From positions 88,598,001-88,662,000 of the forward strand of contig NC_043000.1 in NCBI RefSeq assembly GCF_006345805.1: DNA of 64,000 nt, read 5' to 3'. Position 1 is the first letter of the stretch. Each line of letters starts with the position of its first letter. The translations under genes were made by a program, and so were the position numbers. This stretch comes from Octopus sinensis. Its lineage: Eukaryota. Under the pieces are notes generated by a model. It saw nothing but the letters and a program-made list of their open reading frames with translations, searched no databases and was not told the DNA's origin. This document shows, piece after piece, positions 13,236 to 27,398 of the stretch.

Positions 13236-15053
13236 ATGTATAATCTCTTAAAATATCATTGGCATGGAAATACGGAAATTGTCTTTTCCTTGAAGGAAAG
13301 ATTATTAATAACCAGAATCTAGTTGCTATTTCTGAAATGACAATCGACATTTCTAGGCATGTTAACCACAGTAAAATAACGTACAACGGAGGTGGGGCAG
13401 GAAAGTACGATTTCTGGGCATCACTTAAATGAGATAATTGACACAGCATGGAGGAAATTTGGGAGAGAAACTGGACCATTTCTGTTATATTAGCGTTCAT
13501 TATGACAATCACATCTGCCTTCATTCAATAAAAATTACATTTAGTGATTTTAAAATGTGCTATTGGACATTTTCATCATTTCAAATGAAATAGATTTATT
13601 TTGTTGAAATAAAATTTAGATAAAAACCGCTTGTTTGATTACAAAATATATTAGCATTTGTTTGCAATAACATTACCAGAGAATGAGACGTAATTTTCTG
13701 AGTTGGAGAGTGATTGTTGTTTTATTTTTTGGTATGGAAAATGCTAAATACGAAGAAATAGAGTGATGGTTTAGGAGGTAATTAAAGTTATTTTATGTGC
13801 AAAAGTTTTACGATGGAAAACAATCCATGCATGGTATAAAGAAAACTGATACAGTGAAAAAAAAGGCGTAGCAGTGAGAGAAAAGAATACGGTGGATGCA
13901 CAATATAGAATTATATTTTTGTTGATTTTTATTCATTTAGTTAAATTTTTGCTGAACGACTTACAGGAAAAGATGCAAAGACAAACAAGATTTTAAAATT
14001 CGAATTTGTAAACTAATTAATAACCCATTCTTTGAAACCGTATCAGCATTAGCAAGATGTGTATGGTAGAGAGAGGACACGTTACGGTCTTTGAGAAAAG
14101 AAACTTCATTTCGAAATAATTGACTTGATATCCAATGTTAACGCTTAGCTTTCATATGAAAACAATAATTTCACCATATTTATGGCTTGTGCATTGCGAA
14201 GTCATGTTGGAAGTCAAGAATAGGTCAGAAGTCATAGCTGCGATCCGATGTATTTAATTCATATTTCAAATAATGTCCAGTGAAGAATTAATTAATCATA
14301 AGCTGGCTGTGAATTGATTCTGCTTCAGTATTTAAAGGTTGGATATAATCAGTTGGATCTAAGAAATGGTGAGAAATTTTGATGAAGACAAATATTTATG
14401 GCAAATAATATTGGACATGCATAACACTGTGAATCATACATATATATATTTCACGGCATGATACAGAATTTCATAAGAACAAGAAATTAGCTTAACATTC
14501 GTTAAATTTATTCATCTATATATGTTAGAACGAAAGAAATATATTAAATGTCAGGTAAGTTCATAAAGATAGCGTTTGAAAGTCGATCAAAATGTTTTAA
14601 AGCCATTCTATATAGTCATAAATCAGTATACATCAATATCAATTCAAATATTAACTGAATATGTGATGACAATTTAGAATATGGCATTTACATATTAAAA
14701 CGAAAAATCTTTTTGAACAATTTGCCTTAGTGTTTATAGAATGTAGTCTTGGATTGCCTCAAAGACACCTGTCATTGTATATTACGATCTTGATGTTGAT
14801 AACGATGATAGTGATGATTTCCTTTATATTTAATTGAAGTATTTGTTCCCAATATTCATATGTGTATACGATTTATTGGTTATAAACTAACAGCTTGTAA
14901 GTAATAGGCTTTTAACCTACAACTATTAAGCTGGAGATTGATAGCCTATAACTAACGTCATAGTAATAGTTATTTAATGCACATATAACAAACTACTTTT
15001 TAGTTTCAATTGTATAATAAACATCTTTAACTATCATATATATATGTGTGTTT

Positions 15054-15122
<69 letters not shown>

Positions 15123-15699
15123 CTGTGGTACATGTGAATGCATATATATATATGAAAGTGTATCTTGATACAGGAATATCGTATTTAGATAAATATTATT
15201 AGTTTATTCTGAAGATAAGTCTTGTTATTACTGCTTAATGTATTTTATTCGTAACGCTAAATACCTTATCCTTCATATTTTTAGGTCAAATTCCACCTTG
15301 ATTTAGTTTCACTTTTATCTTTCGGCAGTCGATTAAATAAGTATTGATATACTATACTTTTCTGCTTTTAACCGAAAGTGATTTCGTGCCATGTAATCAG
15401 AAATCAATAAACTGTTTTTATATACATAAATATAGTACTCGGAGTTAAAAATGCCCTGTTATTGAACATTTCTATATTCGTTCATATACTTACGTGCTGG
15501 CTGAGAAACTGAAGGAACCGCTCACAAAAGCTTAAGGCTAAAATAATGTATTGCACTAGGAAGTATAACACAGAAAAACGAAATGAATATTAAGTAAATG
15601 CAATGGAAAACGTGTTTGAGATCAAATATCTAGTAATTCTGCAGGAAAATTATTATTATTATTAGAAAATATCCAGACTGTTTTCCCGGAAATAAACGC

Positions 15700-17100
15700 A
15701 ATGGTACTGAACCCGACTAAGTCTGATATAACTGAAAATAAGTTATCCGGACAATGCAAGCGATTCTATGAAGAACTAGGTAGAAGAAGACAAAAAACAA
15801 TTCAGCGCCATCAGCAGAGAACCTAGAAGAATTTCATCGCAGCGGTTTGGCATAGAAGCCATATTGATGTAAGATAAATTTACAAATACCAAGCATATCG
15901 GATTAACAATCGTGAAGAATAACATCTGGAAAACAAAAGAAATGTTTATAGTTTCATACATATGGTTTGCACGTTTAATAAGTACAGACAGTGTTGGGAA
16001 CTTATTTAATGATCTTTAAAGAGCCAGAAACAATACCATAGTATTCATGTTAATGCCCAATCCCAAACTGCAAACGCATAATCTACCTGTCTACAATATA
16101 GAAATCCATATTAATGTGCAATCATTAGTTGATAAATATTTGCCTGAAGAAAGAAGCAAAAGATTAAAAGGCATACTGCAACGGCGCATATGCTTTTAAA
16201 TATTAAGTTACAAGCTGTAAAGCGAAGTGCTGGAAGAATCGTTAGCACGCGAAACAAAATGCTTAGTGTCCTTTCATCCGGCTTTACGTTCTGAGATTAC
16301 ATTCCACCGAGGTCGATTTTGCTTTTTTTATCCATTTTCATCCTTTCGTTGTCGATAACATAAGTACCAGTTGAGCAGTGAGGATGATGTAATCTACAAT
16401 GCCCCTCGCCTAATATTTCAGGCATTGTGACTGTAGTAGAAAGGGTTAAGTTATAATATCTTCGCCTGGAAACTGTTATTTACCAAGATTAGACAAGGAC
16501 ACCAAATAAATCACTGCATTAATCAAAATACCACCCCAGATTCGATTCGCAAATATTATATTTTCCTTGAAACAAAAAATACTAACAGTAGACTAACTAA
16601 TGTATCGTGTGAAGAATAAAGGGAAACGAATACAAATAGATACAAACATGAAAGGAATGAAGATAGGCTTCTGTTTGCAGAGAACACAACTCGAACGTAA
16701 CGACTGAGCTAACTGTCAGTTTAGAGTGAAATTAGAAATCAACATCAGAAATTTTAAAAGATTATAAACTGGAAGATACATCATCATCAACGAAAACCTG
16801 AGCATCCTAAGAGTAAATATGGAGAAAACGCAATCGAATTAACATGCACAATAGACTACATACCTACATATAGTAAATGCTCTTCGCAAACATTCTCCGA
16901 CGCTAAAACACAAGACACTAATCGTACAAAATATACAAAATAAAATGACTTCCCAAAATAGTAGTACTTTACATTGCAAATACTCTACACAAGAGGAAAA
17001 AAATAACAAAAGAAATAAATAATACAAATCCTACAAGAAATCAAACCCGATGATGTGGTGTACAAATACAATTCCCCCCAAACCAAAGTTTTACATGTCT
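15700..17100 (+). mobile_element. Very decayed R4-like LINE remnant (tentative)
   Basis: Fragments KRFYEELG (~15760), NCKRIIYLSTI*K (~16066, cf. NYRPITCLSTIYK) and EDRLLFAEN (~16660, cf. DDLKLFAKN) occur in RT order. Confidence 0.4.
16220..16440 (+). mobile_element. SINE family A, short-tail variant (decayed)
   Basis: Similarity to 2031-2200. Confidence 0.75.
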
Positions 17101-17189
17101 CGGACAAATAAGGTGTACTGGCAGCATGATAAAAACCTATTGAAAAGATAACGACAGCAACAACAACAATAATAATAATAATGATAATC

Positions 17190-17402
17190 CTTTCTACTGA
17201 CAGTACAAAACCTGAAATTTTGGGGGCGGGACTCGTCTGTTGCATCGATTCCAATGTTTCACTGGTATTTAATTTATCAACACCGAAACGATTAAAAGCA
17301 AAATCGACATCGGCGGAGTATTCACTCAGAACGTAAAGACGGACGAAATGTCGCTCAGCATTTTGCCCGGCATTCTAATGATTCGGCCAGCTTGCCGCCT
17401 TA
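17190..17402 (-). mobile_element. SINE family A, short-tail variant
   Basis: Reverse complement begins aaggcggcaagctggccgaatcattag; flanked by (AAT/AAC)n. Confidence 0.8.
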
Positions 17403-17431
17403 ACAAATACAACAACAACAATAATAATAAT

Positions 17432-18740
17432 TCTTATTAAGATTTTCCATTGACTAATTTAATTAACATTGCATCAAATGGAGCTGCAGCCTTCACTGGA
17501 AAAGTGAAAGACTTTGTTTCTAGAATGAAATCAGTTGCTCCTCACATTTTTGATATACATTGCATTATCCACAGACAGTATTTAGTTGCTAAGAATATTG
17601 GAGGACACACGGAAGAAGTACTCAGTACTGCCATACATGCAATTAACTTTGTCAAATCAAACTCAGGGAATAATAGATTGTTTATGCAATTTTGTGAAGA
17701 TGAAGATTTAAAAACCCTCTTGCTTCACACAGAAGTAAGATGGTTGTCAAAAGACCTGAGCCTTGAAAACGAGTGGAATTTGTGGTAACCATTAATCAAA
17801 TTTCTTATGTTCAAGAGTCAGATAACTCATTACAACTCCAAGAAGCAAGCTGATACAGCTAAGAAAATTTTGGAAAGACTTTCTGAGTTTAAATCATAAA
17901 ATATTCTACTTGAGTGATATTTTTAAAACAGTGAATCTGCTTTACTTAGAGCAGTTCTCAGAAGATAAATGGGTATATGGAGAAATTTAAATTTTGGAAA
18001 AAGCAGTTTGAAAAAAATTGGCATCATTTCAGAATTTTAACATCACTGTTCCTACATCAGAATGCATTGCTGCATGCACTACCCATCTTGAAAGTCTTCA
18101 TGTAGACTTTGAAAGAATATACACCGATTTATTTAAGATGGATTATCCACTCTGGTTTGTAGACCTAGAAAATTATGAGCCAGGAGAGGAAAATTTTGAG
18201 TTGGCTATAATGTTGGATTTGAAAGAGAATATGAAACTGACAAGATGAGTTGAAAAGGAAGGTGTCTTTGCCTACATATCGATAAAGGAATGACACCCAT
18301 ATATTTTTCGACATGTTGAAGCAAGCATAATTTCTTTTCCTACCACATGTTGTAGATAGGTTAATTAGAAAAAGAAATAAATTAGATGTCAACAGCAGAG
18401 GAACTATCAGACTGAAACTAGATGAGTTAATTAAAATTGATCTTATCTTGTGTCAGGAACACCAATATCAAGCTAGTCACTTGCTGAATGGACTGAAAAT
18501 GAACGACTTTATGAAAAAGGATTTTGATAGCTTGTGTTTATCTTTGTTTAGTAAAATAAATTTCAAATTTTATTTTTTGTTTGCTAAAATAAATCTTAAA
18601 GTGTAAATAGACTATTTTGTCTTTTCCTTAAGAATATTAGTGTGAAAATAGAACAGCAGAAAGTAAAAGTAGAAGTGGTCCCCAGAAACTTTTTCAAGTA
18701 AAAAAATGGTCCCTGGGCTGAAAAAGGTTGGGAACCACTG
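17432..18740 (+). mobile_element. hAT (Charlie/Buster-type) transposon remnant, 5' truncated
   Basis: ORF 17450-17788 contains GAAAFTG, HCIIHR and LLLHTEVRWLS; 3' TIR aaaaggttgggaaccactg ends at 18740, followed by aactagac (nnnTAnnn, Buster-type target). Confidence 0.88.
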
Positions 18741-18962
18741 AACTAGACTATATGCACATTTTTTCCAGAAGAGATAGTGTTGTGTACATGCGTGCGCGTA
18801 TACATGCAAAAAGCAAACTCACACACACACACACTTACACGCACACACGCGCGCGCGCACACACACTTACACGCACACACGCGCGCGCGCACACACACAC
18901 ACACACACGTTTCAGAAATAGGGATGTATATCTACTGGTGCAACAGATATTTACTTGAAAAT

Positions 18963-18969
18963 GCGACGA

Positions 18970-19001
<32 letters not shown>

Positions 19002-19085
19002 AGAAGAAGAAGAAGAAGAAGAGAAGAAGAAGAAGAAGAAGAAGAAGAAGAAGAAGAAGAAGAAGAAGAAGAGCAACAACAACGA
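18963..19085. repeat. (GAC)n(GAA)n(CAA)n compound trinucleotide microsatellite
   Basis: Directly visible. Confidence 0.95.
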
Positions 19086-21756
19086 AATGAGGGGGATAGA
19101 AAGCCATGAAACATTGAGATATATCAGGTAAGATCAGTATGAAATCCAAAATTCTCAAATTCTCAAAAGTCAGAATCCAAAATTCTCAAATGTAGAAAAT
19201 TAAGATTACATTGCTTGATAATAAGTAATTTATTCTTGTATAAAATATAAAGGAAGCGTACACAACTGTTTGTATCTATCGTGAATCAAAATTGAAACAT
19301 TTTCCCGATGGAAAATTGCCAAAGATTGGTTCAATGAAAAGAGTAACGGTCTGGTTTTATTTCAAAATCTCCCATGATGTAAAGTGAAAAATAATTTGAC
19401 TGAATTGGCGCCGTCATTGTCATTGCTATCATCAAAAGCATTCCAGAAGTTAACGTCCCACATTTACCCGATTAGAATGAAACACAATACATTATGAAAT
19501 AAGTCAATTTTCTAAGATGGCTGTGGTGGTAGAGGGTGATACGAATTGAGTTAGCAAGCACTCAGCTAACTGTAACCGTACATAACCATGAAAATGGCCA
19601 TCTTCTAGAATTTAAGGCTCAATTTAAGACTGAACTTGACTTTGTGTTTTATTCTTCTGCGACTACGTCAACTACATCATAATGACTCCGCATTATATTT
19701 TGATTTAACAACAGCTGCAAGAAGTCATGGTTGCAGAATATACATCGATGTGTTAGTTTATTTTTTGATTAGAGCACTAATTGCCAAAGAGTGCAAACTT
19801 ATTTAAAACAAAATGTGTAAGTCTTTAGATGATCAATCATTCAACCACGATAGTGGTTGAATAATATTCTTAAGGCCAACATTTACTCAGTCGCAGTCTC
19901 TTTAAAGCTTTGTAATTAACTCATTTCTCAATCAAACTGTTAATAGTTCTATAATAGTCATTCCGCAAATTTCAATATTTTTATACCAAAAGGTATAAAA
20001 AATATTGAAATTTGGTTCAGTGGTGAAAAAGTGGCTTTAAAATATGTGAGGCCCAAATGCGAGAGTAAGGCAAAAGATCGACTTTGAATCAAAGTAACTT
20101 TCTAATTTTTAAAGCAAATTATATTTTATTTTAAGCTTAAATGATAGAACAAAACGAGAGGAATCTTAAAATGTCAATTTTATCAAAAGAATCTTTAATA
20201 TAAAGAATCCCTGATGCCAAAAGTGCCGAAAAAAGTAAGTAACGCCTCCAATCCATTTTGACATCAAAAGACTTTCTTGATTTAAAAGCAGTCTATATTT
20301 ACGCTCAAATGATAAATCAAAACGAGAGGAATCTAAAACTGCTAATTTTATGCAATAAAATATTGTAGAAAAAAAGCTAAGAAGGAAAAACTGACAAAAA
20401 TGTATGTGATGCTTTATCGATTGATGTTTTGAATACACAGTTGTCTCCTTTGCATCAAAGAAATACTTCTTCTCTCTTTCTTTCTCTTTTTCTCCGCTGC
20501 TATAAGAGTAAAGCCTATTTGGAGACACTTCAAATGTTAGAAATAACAGCATATCCGGAATTATTATTGATAGATCTAAATCAACAGCAGTTATTCCTAT
20601 TATCACCAATTGAAAATCTAGGATACTCAAGGTGAGCCTGGTAACTGATGATTTTCGGGTCCTGTTGGTTGTAACCGATTGGCGAGACACGGTGCTATCT
20701 TCAGGATGGTCAAATTCTCTGCCATTAATTTAGTGTGGATGGGTAATATCAGTAGTTGTTGCTCTTTCAACGTTTATGATTTCATTTTTTGCACAATAAT
20801 TATGCAACCATATAATACTTTAATGATAATATTTGTTACAAAAATTGAATGTTCTTTTTCTTTTGGACATGCAGAATTGAATGGTACATGGGTGATATAT
20901 AATAATAATAAAGGAGGGGTGTCTGAGGTGTAAACATACATCTATGGGGGAAGTGGAAAACTTGTCATTTATTGGGCAAACACCTCAGATTACCAGGTCA
21001 TTCTTCTCTGCCAAAATCTAGCCTGGAACATATCTCAATAGTTAAATTATTCCTTTTCTCTTTTAACTTTCTTCTTAATCTTCACCCTCCTTTTTTCTTT
21101 AATCCAGATATGTTGCTGTATAGATATTCATACTTCTTGTCTTAATACATCAAAATCTAGTCAAAAAATATTAGATCTAAACATTATTTGGAGAAATTAG
21201 CTCTAATTTCGTTTTTGCATCAGTTTTCTGAATTTAAGTGAATAAAAAATACTTCAAATTGAATTTGAAACCTACTAATCCAAAAAGGTAATTTCTGTTT
21301 GACAGTTATATTGCAATTTATTTCTTATCATAATTATAAAATAAATAACCCAATTAAAAAAATTTTTAAACCCCCAAAAAATTAAAATTAAAAAAACAAA
21401 AAAGGGTGCACATGCATGTTAAAAAATAAATAAATAAATGGTTTGAATCAAATAAATGCATTTTTTACTTCTTTTAGTTACTAATTAATAATTCAATACT
21501 CGATTAAACTTACAATTATATTTCTCATAATTAATTAACTTTTCAGTTTCAATGACTGTTTGATTGACTAATATATTGATTGTTTATATCTTGCATTTCG
21601 GTAGTTTGAATCAATATTTAGCATTTTCAGTACAGCAACATGCGTTTTTTGACTACTACAATGAAAACAAATTGCAGATTCGTCAGTCATCGATCTTTCT
21701 TTTCTTCATCATTTTTTGCATGATCTAACAAACCAACACTTATTTACAACTTATTA

Positions 21757-22149
21757 TGGAATATGGAAGCACTCCGCCGGTTACGACGACGAGGGTTCCG
21801 GTTGATCCGAATCAACGGAACAGCCTGCTCGTGAAATTAACGTGTAAGTGGCTGAGCACTCCACAGACACGTGTACCCTTAACGTAGTTCTCGGGGATAT
21901 TCAGCGTGACACAGAGAGTGACAAGGCCGGCCCTTTGAAATACAGGTACAACAGAAACAGGAAGTAAGAGTGAGAGAATGTTGTGGTGAAAGAGTACAGC
22001 AGGGATCACCACCATCCGCTGACGGAGCCTCGTGGAGCTTTAGGTGTTTTCGCTTCAATAAACACTCACAACGCCCGGTCTGGGAATCGAAACCGCGATC
22101 CTATGACCGCGAGTCCGCTGCCCTAACCACTGGGCCATTGCGCCTCCAC
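21757..22149 (-). mobile_element. tRNA-derived SINE, family C
   Basis: Head tggaggcgcaatggcccagtggttagggcagcgg...ggtttcgattcc carries A and B boxes; TSD ttacaacttatta at 21744-21756 and 22150-22162; a decayed relative lies at ~28250-28380. Confidence 0.88.
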
Positions 22150-22829
22150 TTACAACTTATTAATATGTTGTCAATTTAACACTGCTTGAAGTCCAACATC
22201 AAGTTGTAAATACGCACCACTTTTCTAGCATAAAGCTGTTTCTTTTAATTTGTTCTAATAATTTTATCTACAAACGTGGGGGTGGCCCTGCTATTAGAGC
22301 ATAGCTCCACATGTCGCAGGGTGGATGCATTCGCTCAATTTCTAATCTTAGTTACAATTTTCAATTTTAACATAAGCCAGTGTAACTAAAGTGCTCTTAC
22401 AATTAATTTTTTTATTTAGATTATCCCTATTTTAATTCAGTCATCAAACATGAAAAATAATTGAAAAATTATTTAACAAAATTATTAAATAAAATGAAAA
22501 TATTTAAATCAAGTAAAATTATCAATTGTTAATTGTCACTACTTTTTAGTTTAATTGCATAGCCTAGAAAAATGTGGATTACAATGAAAAATGCGGACAT
22601 ATGGAAATTAATATTTTTAAATTATTGAACATGGAAAAGTACAGGACAAGTATATACCTGGAAAAGTATTGGACAAACATATTTATACGTAAAATATTGC
22701 AGCTATAGTTAAAATTTAAAACATATATTGATATTTAAAAACTAAAATAGTTTTTATTAGCTACTCTATAATTAAAAAAATAACTCAAATAATAAAGGTT
22801 AGGCTAACGCCTAGCAAAAAATAATAAAA

Positions 22830-23280
22830 ATTCAATAGTCCCATTAAAATGTTTTTTTCAGTTACAAGTTTTGAAATACTCCCATATCTGTATGAAGAGG
22901 ATATATATGAGGGATTTACCTCCTCCGACATTTCATACCATATGGGCTTTGTAGTCACTTGTCAAGAAGAATTTTTTATATGTTATGCTACCCTACCAAG
23001 TAAAAAAAATAATTAGGAAGATTACTCCACTCTCCGGAAAATATGACTGTACCCTCCTCTAAACCTGAACCCTACCATAATGGTACCAACTGAAATTTCT
23101 TTGTTTGACATTTCCAGAAGACCAGCCTTGTGATGTTTTTATCAATGAATTATAGTGTGCCAATTCGTATGAAAGCGATGAACAAAAAAGGAATTTTAGT
23201 TGAATGCTACTTAAGAACTTTTAGTAGTTCCTAAAAAATTGTAATTGAAAAAAAAACATTCTTAATGGGGCTATTGAAAT
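22830..23280. mobile_element. MITE-like element with ~50-bp degenerate TIRs
   Basis: attcaatagtcccattaaaatgtttttttcagttacaa versus ttgtaattgaaaaaaaaacattcttaatggggctattgaaat. Confidence 0.65.
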
Positions 23281-24984
23281 CTTAAATGGTGATCTCAAAT
23301 GAAATGCATATCTATACTTAACTCCCGGTAGATTCGAACGCAAATATGTTAATCGGTGTTTTGTACACCACAGTAGAACAACTTCGCCTTTTTATGAAAA
23401 CACACACGACTCATTGGTACAAAAATTTTGGAACAACAGTATTTGAAAATATTTCTTAACAGGACTTTTGTCTCTTAAACCAGAGCCGGTGGCTTTGTTC
23501 ATAATTTCAGGGAACAAAATGTTATCTAATCGCAGCTGATATTTGATATCTGTGTTTGTATCTGATATCAGTGCTGATATTTCATATTTGTGCAGATATC
23601 TGCCAACTCATTATAAATCGCTGTTCTTAATGCAAATAATGATTTATGATCAGTTGTCAGATACCAACTCTAATTAGCGAACAATTGTTCACTGAAATTA
23701 CAAACGAGACCATCTGCTCTTCATTATTTCAAAATTTAGGTGCTTCTGGCTGGCAAGACACAACATTCGACATATTATTTTCGGGATTTCGTTCCGGAAT
23801 CCTGTGCACCAGAGAGTCGAGTATATTATGAAGGCATTATCGTCACGAAAATAATTTTGTTACGTACACAATAGCGATTAGCATGTTTGTGTTCGAATGT
23901 GACTGAACTTATCCAGAATAAATATGGAAGGGAAGTCTTCGCTTCATACGTACATATTCATACACACACGCACACAAATCACACACACACACACACATTC
24001 ACATATAGACACACGCACACACAAAAACACAAACATTTATATACATATACATAATTATATCGAAAAAGATTATATTTAACCAATGGTTAAATTAATTTTA
24101 TCATACTATATTCTTGCTGCTATTTATAAACTTCGTATACTCTCTAAGAGTCTATAACTTTATACAGACTTCTCATACCTGATACTATATACTCTGTGTG
24201 TTTTGTAGAATGATACATTAGGAGCTTTTTATGATTAAGGATCAAGGTGTAGGAAGACAGTAAGCTTCGAGTAGTCCGTAGAAGGTAGAAAAACAACTTT
24301 TACGAACAATAGATTATTGACGTAGTAGATTGTACGCTTTACCTGTATCGAAGTTCGATTAGCTGAATAAATTGCTTTATAGTTTACGGTTCGCAGCAGG
24401 AGTTGCTGTGTATGCGAAGAGAAATCCAAAATAGGGAATGGAGTAGATAAAATCCAGGCTATATATGTTTCATAGCTAGCAGAACCTCGGAATTAGTAAT
24501 TATCCAAACAAGAGGTAATCCGCTAACTACTCATCGGGTGAAAGATACCTTAATCGAAAGAAGTTAACAATGTCGTCAAAGGATCCCATGTTGATTCGCA
24601 GGAGTTTCGACAGGAAATGAGTGGAAAGCATCCAGATTTTAAAGCATATTAGTGAGGGAGTGGGTAAATGAAAAGAATACGAGAAGGAAAGCGATAGGGG
24701 GATGTGTAGGGGAAAATTTGGTTTTATTGAAGCAACCTAAGGGAATGTGTTTGTGAACTTAAGCTGATGTTATTTACGGGTCTACTATAAAATAAAGAAG
24801 TAAATAAATTGTGACACTTTGAAAATACATTTAAACAGATTCAAAGAGAAAGAAGATGTAGGAATGGTGTCAAATTAAGAAATAGTAAAGAAGCAGAAGG
24901 GAGTGGGAGATAATGTTTCTGGTCAGTTGAGTGATATAGTAGTTCAAGTAGTTCTAGAACTACTATGTCTCTCAACTGACCAGA

Positions 24985-25409
24985 AATATTATCTTCCTCT
25001 CAACTGAGGCATTGTCAAAATAAATGTTATTGTTGCACGACAATGGACGCCCAGTTATGGCCACCTCCATCGTTGAAACCATTGAAAAGTTGGATTTTGA
25101 GTTACTCGAAAAACTTGCATGCAGTCTCGATCTCGTCTTTTCCGACAACCACCTTTTCAGAGCGCTCAAACATCGTTTACGTTGTCGTCGATTTGCTACG
25201 GTGGAAGAAGCGTAGGAAGCGGCGCATAAATGATTGCGCAACCAGCGGAAAACCGGTTTTTCGATAGAGTAAACAAGCTGGTGAACTGGTGGAAGAAGTG
25301 CATCGAAAAGCAAGGAGACGAAGTCGAAAAATGATGTAATGGTTCAACCCCTGCTTTTGATTTAATACATCACAAAAGGGTGCTATAATTTTTCACTTAC
25401 CCTCGTGTA
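24985..25409 (+). mobile_element. mariner transposase C-terminal remnant
   Basis: LLLHDNGRP...SLDLVFSDNHLFRALK; TIR-like end ttaccctcgtgta. Confidence 0.8.
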
Positions 25410-25750
25410 TATAGCCAACGAATGGTTGTCCTACCTAGTGACTTATCTTGTCCAAGTGGTCCCAAAAAATCAAAAATATTGAGCATCAAACAAGATATAT
25501 CTTTTCTTTTTTATGCTTTGTTTCTTCTGATCCATTCCGGTAAAGACTTTCGTTCTGAATTAATAATCCGAAATTTGTTTAGTTCAATTTTGTGATATCA
25601 TTAAATTAGTATTCTAATTTCAATAGTTTTAATTAAATTTAAATCTACTTTTCGACAATATATCTTATTGCATGCAATTAAAATAGCTTTTATTACTTCT
25701 CAAAAATTATATTTCATTAAAAGAAAATTTTTTTAAATGTGATAAATATA

Positions 25751-26164
25751 GGCGTAGGAGTGGTTGTGTGGTAAGTAGCTTGCTTACAAACCGCAAGGTT
25801 CCAGGTTCAGTCCCACTGCGTGGCACCTTGGGCAAGTGTCTTCTATTATAGCCTCGGGCCAACCAAAGCCTTGTGAGTGGATTTGGTAGACGGAAACAGA
25901 AAGAAGCCCGTCGTTTATATGTATATATATATGTATGTGAGTGTATATGTTTGTGTGTCTGTGTTTGCCCCCCCCCCCAACATCGCTTGACAACCGATGC
26001 CGGTGTGTTTACATCCCCGTAATTTAGCGGTCGGCAAAAGACACCGATAGAATAAGTACTAGGCTTAAAAAGAATAAGTCCTGGAGTCGATCTGCTCGAG
26101 TAAAAGCGGTGTTCCAGATTGGCCACAGTCACATGACTGAAACAAGTAGAAGAGTAAAAGAGTA
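25751..26164 (+). mobile_element. tRNA-derived CORE-type SINE, family B (full length)
   Basis: A/B boxes, CORE-like accttgggcaagt, internal microsatellite, (AAAGAGT)n tail; resembles octopus OR-type SINEs from memory. Confidence 0.88.
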
Positions 26165-26644
26165 TATGATTCAGTGATAGATATCCGTGATTCAACGATG
26201 ATAATTCACCTGTTCTATCAAATAAATTATCTTCTTAACAAACATGTAGATGGTTGAACATTGTGGAGGTACGTCTCTCCTTGAAATATTTCTTAGGCTG
26301 AATCAATGTGACACTGAGCGACACAAGGCTGTAACTTTTTAAATTCTACCCACCTTCAATCAATATGTAACATTTGGTCCGAGGCTAAGGAAAATAATAT
26401 TTTTGAAACTGCTATACTGTGAAACATCGTGGACGAAAGAAATAGCCGCCGCTAAGACGTACTCGACTTTGAATGGGTTAAAGTTGAGAATCATATAATA
26501 AGTTCGATTCATACTTTGTTCGTCTCTTAAAATTCTTTTACAATAACAATTATTTCTAAATTAGTTTATATAATGGCGTAATTTAGTTTTTAAAACCCGT
26601 TGCTAAAAATATATATTAAATTATATTTTCAGCAATATTTTCGA

Positions 26645-27055
26645 GATATTCTGTTATACTCGTAATATTTTCATAAACTTAACGATATTCATGATTCAAA
26701 TTGCCCGCACAACAGGGACAACCCATGCAATAACGTATCTATTCACTCTTAATACGTTATGTTTGATTCTAATGTGAATACGCTGAACGTTATTGCTTTA
26801 CGTCATCAGTAAATACCCGCCTTTAGACGATGTGTGTTTATGGCGTATGTTAGCAACACACATCTTTTAAGCGGTGGGAGTATTCTCTGATGACGATAAA
26901 CAGTAGCAGTCAACATATCCACGTCCGAATCTGCTAAAAACTATTAAGAATGAATAGGTAGACAAGTTATCGTTTAAAACGTCCCTAATCTGTGCGAGAC
27001 ATGTGAATTATTAATTTTGTTAAATTTATAAAGATTTTACAAATATAACAAATCT
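26645..27055. repeat. Old degenerate fold-back carrying hammerhead-core remnants on both arms
   Basis: gcacaacagggac/gtccctaatctgtgc and tattcactcttaata/tattaagaatgaata pair; CTGATGA on + at 26887-26893 and on - at 26803-26809. Confidence 0.7.
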
Positions 27056-27398
27056 GAATGCTTGGCTTCATCCGTGATGACAACAGGACCTCCTTTCGTC
27101 TACCTGAGATTCTAGGAACCCTGGTCACCAGGCTAGCCTGATAGGAGTGGCGAATTGCTCACTGCCGACTTGGTCATATGATAAATTGCCTAAGATTGTA
27201 AGATAATGGTTTAAGATGTCCATAATTATATCGAAAAATCGAAAAAAGACAATATTTCCAAATCGACTCATATGCGTCAGATAACATAAATGACGTAACT
27301 ACAATAAATATGGAAATAATGAATGTACATACATATATATATATATATATGCACACATATGCATTATACTCACACACACACATATATTTATATATATG

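Noticed and set aside
18777-19158. Poly-R/E and poly-L/V ORFs
   Set aside because: Artefact of the (GAC)n(GAA)n repeat.
22060-22149. tRNA-like sequences at SINE heads
   Set aside because: They continue into SINE bodies with TSDs, so they are not tRNA genes.
24230-24960. Possible decayed PLE RT on the minus strand (MGS, YVNN)
   Set aside because: Motifs too short and degenerate to call.
26320-26482. gggTTAA piggyBac-like end
   Set aside because: No matching opposite TIR found.
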